A stretch of 64,000 bases of DNA from the human T2T-CHM13v2.0 reference genome, Homo sapiens, in assembly GCF_009914755.1 (NCBI RefSeq), contig NC_060938.1; one strand, written 5' to 3'. This document shows, piece after piece, positions 55,191 to 64,000 of the stretch. The notes beneath the pieces are model-generated. The model did not search any database. It had not been told where the DNA came from and saw only the letters and a list, made by a program, of their open reading frames with translations. Both the position numbers and the translations under genes were made by a program. How positions within the stretch are numbered: the stretch's first letter is position 1; each line of letters begins with the position of its first letter.

Positions 55191-57710
55191 ATATTAATAT
55201 TTGTAAAAGTTATGTTTTCTGTGTTAATATTTGCTCTTTTTTCTTCATTAAGCCAATTAGAAATGTATCACATTATTCTTAAACCATTTATTTTATTTAT
55301 AAATTTGTGTTTTTTAATTTATTTACTTCTTTGTTACTACCAGTTAGATGACATACAGTACTAATGAACCTATACTGAAAGTTTTTAAGAATGTTATTGA
55401 TTTTCTTTAAATAAAGACAGTTTAAATGTCATATTAATGACTAGTGTCACATTCTAAACCTTTATAGAATTATGTATTTTCCCAGGACCTGCACTATTTG
55501 TGGTTTGTAGCATATTTGAAAATTGGTCTTTAATGTGTTCCTTATATCTTCAGGGTATAACAGTTATTCTTGATGTTTCCCATCTGTGAGTTGCAAACTC
55601 TCCTAGATTCAAAGGCAAATATAAACTTTTCCCATGTTATCCTTCGATGATTTCATTGGTGACCTGAGTGGGAAAAAATTAAATTTCGAGGAATAGGTTG
55701 CTTCCTCCCTCATAAGGCTCTGCTTGCACTTATGACCTGTGTTATGTGGGAAGATAATAACAAACATGGAATACAGAGAGATAAATATACTTTATTTTCA
55801 GACACAGACTCCATTCATTCCTTTATACAGAAGAAAATACTGCTTAGCTTTTAGAATAAGTTAAGTTTCATGTCTAGGAATAGGCAAGTTTATACTAATC
55901 CAAACTCATTTGCTAAGGAAAAAAACTAAAATAGACCATTTCATAGTGCAAATTATCTGTCCTTTTCATGTGAATTTTAAGGCAATATTTTATAAAATAT
56001 GTTAATAACTATAGAAGCTATTATGTCTGAATACTTCCTAATCTTCCCTAAGGCAACATTAGAAAGCCTGTTTTTTATAGATATGAGTGAAGTCTTTATA
56101 TAGGGCTTATGGAAAAAGAGAAAGTAGTCATAAAAACTTATTTAAAAAGGGAAAGAAAATTTAGTTAAGAAGAACATGTATTTCAGCAAGGGGAAAAAAA
56201 GAGGATTTTATAAATGGAGAAAATTTAAACTTTTTAATGGCAACAATAAGCCCCGAAATATTCTCCATGGTATAGGTTCACTGAAGTCCTAAACATGTGT
56301 AAAGTTTAAGAACCCAAAACTAAGTAAAAATAGGTAATAATTAATATGACACTAAAAAAATTCTCTATGGCTATTAAAATTTTGGAAAGGATATTCACAC
56401 TTTTTTGACTTGTACAAAAGAAATGGTAAATGTTCCTGAGTTTACAAATTAAAATTGTGAAAATTGGCTCTCTCTTCACGTGTTTTGCCACAAGATTATA
56501 TAATCCTATAATATAAATACCATGGTAAATTGCAGCCCTAGTGTAATTTCTTAGAATCTTATTTACAAAGTTACTTTGTGGTGACATGTTTGTTTATTTT
56601 CAGCACTTTTGATAGCACCTCCAGTGAAAATATAAACTAGAATTTTCCTAGAATAAAAATATTTTATCTTTCAAAGCTATACCTGGGAATGTCTTTGGAA
56701 ATACGATAGGTCAGTCATCATGCTTCAGTAGTAAATTGTTATTGAAGCTTCAGTCAATAGCAAATTGCTATTAAGGCAATTTGTCATAATAATTTTATTT
56801 TTGAGGAAACAAATTCTTTGAGAAGATTTAATTATAAATTTAATATCTGCAAATGTGAAATCTTGTGTGAAAACCAAAACTGTATGTAACTGTGATGACT
56901 ATATAATCAGGTCCATGTGTTCAGGATAATTGAATTTGTATGTACATTACAGATTGATACCATATTCAAGAGAAGTACACATACCAGAAAAAAGAAACAG
57001 CATAATATATTAGATTTATGTTTTGTGGCAGAGGAAATATAAATGGGCCTGAGGGTATCTGAATGAACACTAATCTCTGTTTTAAAGTGAAAATAAAAAT
57101 AATACAAACTCTTTTTCTGGTACAGGATATGAAAGAATATTTGGGCTTTTTAATAAATCTGTGATGTTTCTGCTGAAGTCAGTAAGCTCTTAAAGACTGC
57201 CAATCAATAGTTTCAAAGCAATTTAAAACTTATGTATGGCAAACATGTATTATAAGATCGATTTTTACAGCAGAAATCTATATATCAAGAAGGTTCGTTG
57301 GAAGCAAATGATAAAATGAATACAGCTTTAGAAGGAGAGTACTCAAGATGGTGTGCTATCAGCCAAGGTGATATATATTATAAAAGACAACTGAGGGGCA
57401 AAGCTACAGAAGGATAATCAATTTTTCTGATAGTGTACAATGACCTGTCTGTTTTCTTCTTAATACATTGTCAAATAAACAATGAATATTTGTTAGTGGA
57501 TTTTTTTGACCAGTAGAAGTATTCCAAGAATCATTAATTGCCTTTCCAAAATGTTTAAGGTATGAGTACCTAACAAGTAGGACAATTATTTCTTCTATTT
57601 GGATTAATCATTAATCAAAATGCAATGTAGTTTTGAGTCTTCCATAATGTCTTTAATTTCTAGATAAAAGAGAATGAATCTAACTTTCTGACTTAATCTT
57701 ACATCTACTA

Positions 57711-58015
57711 TTTTGTTTTGGTTTCTGAAATAGGGTCTCACTCTGTCACCCAGGCTTGAGTGCAGTAGCAGGATCACAGCTCACCGTGCAGGCTCAACCT
57801 CCTTGGGCTCAAGCAATCTTCCCACTTTAGCCTCCCAAGTAGCTGAGACTACATACAGGCACTTTCCACCAGACCCAGCTAATTTTTGTATTTTTTGTAA
57901 AGGTGGGGTTTTGCCATACTGCTCAGGCTGGTCTCGAACTCCTAAGCTCAAGTGATTTACCTTCCAAGGCCTCCCAAAGCATTGGAATTATGGTCGTGAG
58001 CCACCGCTCCTGACC
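57711..58015 (-). mobile_element. AluJo
   Basis: GATCACAGCTCAC, GGGCTCAAGCAATC diagnostics. Confidence 0.9.
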
Positions 58016-61000
58016 CCTACAATATTCTTTATTTTATTATCATAACAGAACATCCAAAATTTCTATAAGGCATCGATATTTATTTAGCATCTTTAAAATT
58101 TTCTTTCTTACCCTTAGACAGGAAACCTTTATCACTAATATTAAATTTATCATAATGCACTCTAGAAAGTCATGAAATTGTGCACTGTTTTCTATCTTTA
58201 AAACTAATGACAAATAAATAAAGCATTTATAGTCAAAGAAACCAGCACGCTGATTTCAGAGCAAAGTTTTTTCTTTTGTAATTTATTTCTTTTTAAAGTG
58301 GAAATTAGAGTGTTAGTTCAGCATTTGAGAAATGTAAATGCAATTGCAGCATTAAATACTCATTGGCTCTCAAGCTAGTAATCTCCATTCTATATGAAAT
58401 ATCTATTTATTTATTACAGAAATTCCTAAGCTCTCTGACTTGTCAATAAGTCAACGTTATAAAAATATTCTTTGTCATATCATGCCCAAGTCTGTAAAAT
58501 CATTATGACATTTTTTTCTGCATGTTGATTTATTTCCATTTATACAGTAAAAACTTTGTGGCAAGCTTTTATTACTAACCTCACTCACCGCTACTAAAAA
58601 GGCACATACTGGATTTGGGGCTGGTTACTAAAGCCAATAAATATATATTTTAATTAGACAAACCTTGATTGTTTGTAGAATTTAAATTTATTACAAGAGG
58701 CAACCAGTCTTAGATGGTCATTCTCTTATATAGAAATCATCTAAAATTAGTTCTCCAAATTTAATCCATAACTATATTTGGAAACTAGCAAAGACTATTT
58801 CTCAGGTAATCTGTAGATTCAGGACAGAAGAATGTTGTTACAGCATATTTTTAAGTCCCCTTTTCACCTAACACTTTTATTTTTCAATTGTCAATGGATG
58901 AGAACATTGCTTTAGAAAGCTCTTTGGGGTATTCAAGTTTGATTTAGATTCTGGCGAAGTACTATGGGTTACAGTTCACTAGGAAATAAAATATAATCAT
59001 AATTTAACCAAATACATGAGCCATGAATTTTTGTTTTCTGCTTTAATTAAAACATGGCCTTCTAAACTTCCTGTGTGAGTGATACTAGCAAAATTAATCA
59101 ATATTTCCTTTTACTTCAAAGAATTTGAAATAAACTTATATCACAGAATTTTTAAAAAGTAAGAAACAGAGCATAGTTAAGAATGTTGAAATTTACTAGT
59201 TGCAGAATTATCTCTTATTTGTTATACAATCCTCACTGTCACTGGTCTTAGGACTTAAGCATCACAAAAAAAAGGAATAAATTTAGGATTTTGTTATCAC
59301 ATTAAAAATTTGTGTCTGTCTTCTATCAGTTCATAACTTCTTTGCCAAGTACTGCTACTAGATTCCATCTGATTTATTCATCACCCAAATTTAAAATCTG
59401 CAGAAAGATTCCAGTCAATGATGAGAAATAAAGTGCACTGATATTTGTCTTACTTCATCTTAATTGTGATGCTCATTACCAGAAATTCCTGACTGTCTGT
59501 TTTCCTAGGCTACAAAATAGATTAGATATTGCAAAAGTTCTATATTTTTCTTTCATAAAAAGAAGAAAACAGCATGCAGTGTTAAGCTAAAATGGATGGT
59601 AATATAATGAACACACTGTCACAGAATATTTTTAAACAGAGGTTATATGGCCATCTGTTAGAACTCCTGTACTGGGTTTAATGTTTTTCACTATGCAAAT
59701 ATCTAAACTAACTTCAAAAAAAAAAAAACCAAAAAACCTCAAAGATTCTAGTGACAGAGTAATCCCTGTCTGTTAATACTGTAGGGGCAACATACATGAA
59801 AATAGTGCCTAAAACACAAAATATTATGAAAATATGAAATTTTCAAAATTAGTAAATTTTTAGTTGGCATTTATGACAATCAGTAATTGTTAAGTCTCAC
59901 TTATGATTGCCTAAATGCACAAATCATCTATTGTTACATATTTAGGATTATGTACTACTAATGCAAACCAATTTAAGTTACTTGACATTGCACTCAGTGG
60001 ACTCTATGTCCTAAATAAACAACTTACACAATAAATTGTATACTACTCTAGAAAGACATCCTAGTTGGTTAAATCTGAAACACGATTCCCTATTCTCCTA
60101 GGTAGAATGAAGCACCACCTTCCACTAGGTGATATAGTGCAACAAACACCTCACCTATAAGACATCTGTTTTCCAGCTGACAATGGGCCAAAACAACACT
60201 TCAGACTCAGAAGGAAAAATATATGCCTTCCTTTCAGAGCGGTGCTGACATAAATCCTAATGACCTGATACTTCTAACTATCTACTTTAAACGTGTTTTT
60301 TGCTATTCTCCAGCAGGGTTTTGTAATGAGCTGAGAGTAAAATGCTACCCACACACTTAAATCAGGCTTGGGGCTTAATAACATTTTTTTCTCAACCACC
60401 CATTTTCTACTTTGTCTTCCTAATTATTGTCATCAGTGTGCACATTTTTTTTTCTTTGAGAGAAAATATTGACATTTTTGGAGTGACATGCTGAAATGGT
60501 GTATTCGTTTTATTGATGACACTGCAGCATGTAACATTCACAGAACAAAAACTTTGTTGATGAGACCAGAAATTAGGAGAAAATTAAACAAAGAAGTAAA
60601 ACAAGACTTCCTAATTAATCAGTAGATTTTTCTCTAATCTTCCCTGCATGCAAACCTAGGTGTATAAAATAATGCTTTATATCTGGCACTGATTAAAGTT
60701 CCAAGTTACCAAACGAAAGTAATAATGTTTTACTCATGCACATTAAATTGGTCTTTAGAAACTTCTGAAGCTAAAAGAGAGTTAATTTTTGCAAGAATGA
60801 GCAAGCTTTTAACAGTGTAGCTTCCACCTCCTCAGCCTGATTAATGAGCAAGTTTTAGGAAGGAATTGTGATAAGATACATATTAGAAGAGATTCAGAAG
60901 CCCTATTAGCCTCTGGTCTTGAAGTCTATGTATGTCAGTTTCTTTATGCAATGCTTTCTAACACCAACATTGCTATGATGGCATTCCATTTCCAAAATTA

Positions 61001-61459
61001 TTCTGACATAATCATATAATAAATAATGATCCTAAACTTTTTCATGTAAAAGAGGTCTTACAACTCCCATCTTCCCCCAACTTTGGGGTTTTTTGAAAAT
61101 TGTTCAGTTTTTAACTGAAGCGAAACTGTGGAAGTAACTAAATCTTCTTGATCTTGCCTACCCCAATGCTTAGGTGTTTTATTGTATGTTAGCAAACTGA
61201 TAACTTTATAGCACATACTACCTAAAGAAATTAAGCTTTCATCTAGAGTGTTCATAGCCAAAGTGGTCATATTAACCACAGGTGTTCATTTACCACAACA
61301 AGTTTATTTCCATTTATTCTTCAAAAATGAAATAATTATTTTAACTGCTGGCGCTAGAAGTGGCACAGCAGGAATGAAATTATCATTTTTTAAAACCTTC
61401 CTTTAAATAATTGTATTTACAATTAAAGTTTTATACATTATAAAAATACAAAAAAACAT

Positions 61460-61669
61460 TAAAATAATGAGATCCTGTCATTTGCAAAACATGGCTAGAA
61501 CTAGAGGATATTATGTTAAAAATTGTGCATGTTCTCACTCATTTGTGGGAGCTAAAAAATAGAATAACTGAACTCATGGAAATATAGAGTAGAATGATGC
61601 TTACCAAAAGCTGGGAAAGGTAGTGGGCATGGGGGAGGTGGAAGGTGGGATGGTTAACAGGTACAAAAA
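61460..61669 (+). mobile_element. L1MA 3'UTR fragment
   Basis: AATGAGATCCTGTCATTTGCAA...CATGTTCTCACTCATTTGTGGGAGCTAAAAA. Confidence 0.8.
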
Positions 61670-63159
61670 CCTATTTTATTGATTTCAAAGCTTCTTTCCA
61701 TGCTTTTATGCTGTTACAACAGCATAAAAGGAGAGCTTGATACATTGACTTTTTAGGTGCAGTTTCAATACAAATCTCTTCGCTCAACTTAGTTTTCCGG
61801 GAAAAGTGGTCATTTCATCTCAATATCTCTCTACAATTGTGGATATAAAGGCTGAAGTGAGAGAAGTAAATACCTACAAATTCTAATCCTAAATCATTAA
61901 CCTACTAATGGCTGCAGTCTCCCCCGAACGGCCTTTCAGGTAGCTACCCAGGCTCTATCTCTCTTTAAGTAATTCAGCCTTGGTTTGCCCAATTTTCTTG
62001 AGACTCCATGATTAAATTCATTATATAGTTAGATCTTAAACGTTAAAACCATGAGATGCAATAATTAGCTTTATGCCACTGTTGACTAAATCAATTTGCT
62101 AAAGGAGGAAATGTGAAAAGGGGGATATTAAATGTTGGACATAAACTGATGCAGAAAGGAAGTAAGTAGATAATTCTCCTAAAAAGTAAACATCTATCAT
62201 GGCAAAGTCATAAGGAAGATAGACAGGTTAGCATCCAGAATCTCTATCCATAAAGACATGAAAAAGACCACTTTTATGTTTTTCTCAGAGCCAAAATGAC
62301 CCTTGTATATAGCTTGAGATTTTTTAAGACTGCTTCTACTACCCTTCCCCTCTAGTAGTCTGGAGCAAGTTTTTTTTTCATAGAAGTACGCAGAGCATCT
62401 TAAAGTATACTCACCAACCTTTCAATGGAGGAAGGGCACCTTTCTTAAAGGAAACAGTATACCACCTCCTCCTACTCTCTATCCCTATGTATCTAGGATT
62501 TTATGCTCTCTTAAAGTCATCATTCTAATCTAGAGATAAGAGGATTTAAATCACCACAGAACCATGAAAAGAATGATGTGTTTAAAAATTGCTTGCTAGA
62601 GAAACATTCTAGTAATTATAATCTTCTCAGATCAACTAAATCAGAATCTCTGGAAGAAGGGACTGAAAATCTCTAGTAGTATTATTAAGAATCTATACAA
62701 CATCAGAGATCAAAACTGAAAAAAAAAAAAACAGGCAGGTATTTAGAAAAAAAGTCCTATTGATCACCCAAGAGTGAACAAACTTGATAATAGGAATTGG
62801 GAACAAAATGTAAAATTGTATAGTATGTCCCCTGAGTCAATCAAAATCACAAAATGTGACTACAGTGCTTCAGCCCCCCCCTTTTACTTCTCTCCTTCAC
62901 CAGCTCAGATTTCATGTTCTATTATTTTAAAAAAGCTTTTGCCAATAGTCTCTCCTGTCTCAGTCCCTCTGTCTCTTCGTCATTCCCATCTGACAAAACT
63001 CACCCTGAATGATTCTACTGTCCACTTTCTCTAAATTAACACCAAAGTTGCTAATCACTGATAAAAACTGTTCTGTAAGTAAGCAGTGTTAAATTTCTTG
63101 TAAGAAAATCCAAATAGACTGACATAAAGACCCAATAATCACTGGATCATACAACTATC

Positions 63160-63770
63160 CTTGCCACTTCCTCTGCCCTACCTCCCATATTCAGTGCATC
63201 AGCAACAATGCATTTACTTCCTCATATCTCACAAAATCACACTTTTTAGCTTTTCTGTCAACACCACTCTAGGCCAAGCTACCATCATCTCTCATAAGCA
63301 ACTACGTACTGTCTATCTACGTTCATTCTTGCTCACCCAATCCATTCCCCACACTGGAGTCAGTGAGCCACTTGAAATGCAAAAAAAAAAAAAAAAAAAA
63401 AAAACCAAAAACAAAAAAACAAAACTCTCTCACACAGACACCAACATGCAAACCACCAACACCAAAACACCAACAACACAACTTACTTTTATTGGCTTCT
63501 CATTATTTTTAAGATTAAGAGGAGGTTCCATTTACAAGGACTTGTATATTTTGGTCCTTACCCATTTCTCTGCATGAAAATTTGCTTCCACAATAGGACA
63601 TTTACATATATGTCTTCTTTTTGTTGGAAGTATTATCTCTCCTCTTTGCTTAGTCAACTCCTATTCATTCATCATAAATCAATAGAATAGATTTTATCCT
63701 GATTGCAGTTTTGCATTCTGTTTTTGTGGTTGTTTGATTTAAATCTATTCCATTCCCAAGACTACATTAT
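63160..63770 (+). mobile_element. L2 fragment with an internal poly(A)/CA-rich expansion (63381-63480)
   Basis: CCAAGCTACCATCATCTCTC and CAATCCATTCCCCACAC L2 motifs. Confidence 0.6.
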
Positions 63771-64000
63771 ATCATTAAATAATAATATAAATATAAAAAT
63801 GAAAAAAATTATTTAATCAAGTGTCTTTGCATTTAAGTGTCTATAATATAAAAATGGGGGTTATATTGCTAACCAAGAAAACAATGCAGAAATTATTTTT
63901 AAACAGTTATTTTTAATATATATAATTTGGACAGGAAGATAAAGTAAAAACTAAGCAATTGTTTGGGAAATAAAACTTATTGAAAATGATGAGATCTACT

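Noticed and set aside
58589-58627. Possible 39-nt minus-strand micro-exon with a GCG|GTGAGT donor
   Set aside because: Poor polypyrimidine tract and unrecognised peptide; such matches are expected by chance in 64 kb.

Overview
This is AT-rich, repeat-dominated primate (human-like) genomic DNA, intergenic or deep-intronic. I recognise no host protein-coding gene, RNA gene, CRISPR array or prokaryote-type system. Every long ORF in the track comes from L1, MaLR, Alu or low-complexity sequence. The window holds two near or fully complete minus-strand L1PA elements (about 11.6-18.1 kb and 37.5-43.7 kb) and three 5'-inverted (twin-primed) L1PA insertions of different ages. It also has three full-length THE1 MaLR elements, solo MSTA, THE1D, MLT1 and MLT2 LTRs, ten Alus, older L1M/L2 fragments and MER3/MER58A DNA transposons. 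The most interesting signals are mechanistic scars read directly from the sequence: (1) a multi-step inverted templated insertion at 54.1-54.7 kb; (2) an unusually small twin-primed L1 whose breakpoints flank the G-rich 3'UTR tract; (3) a templated junction where an L1 lost its 3' end; (4) a 23-nt micro-inversion in L1 ORF2; (5) an ORF0 homologue broken by a single stop. Subfamily names come from remembered consensus sequences and need RepeatMasker/Dfam confirmation. I found no evidence of a new biological system.
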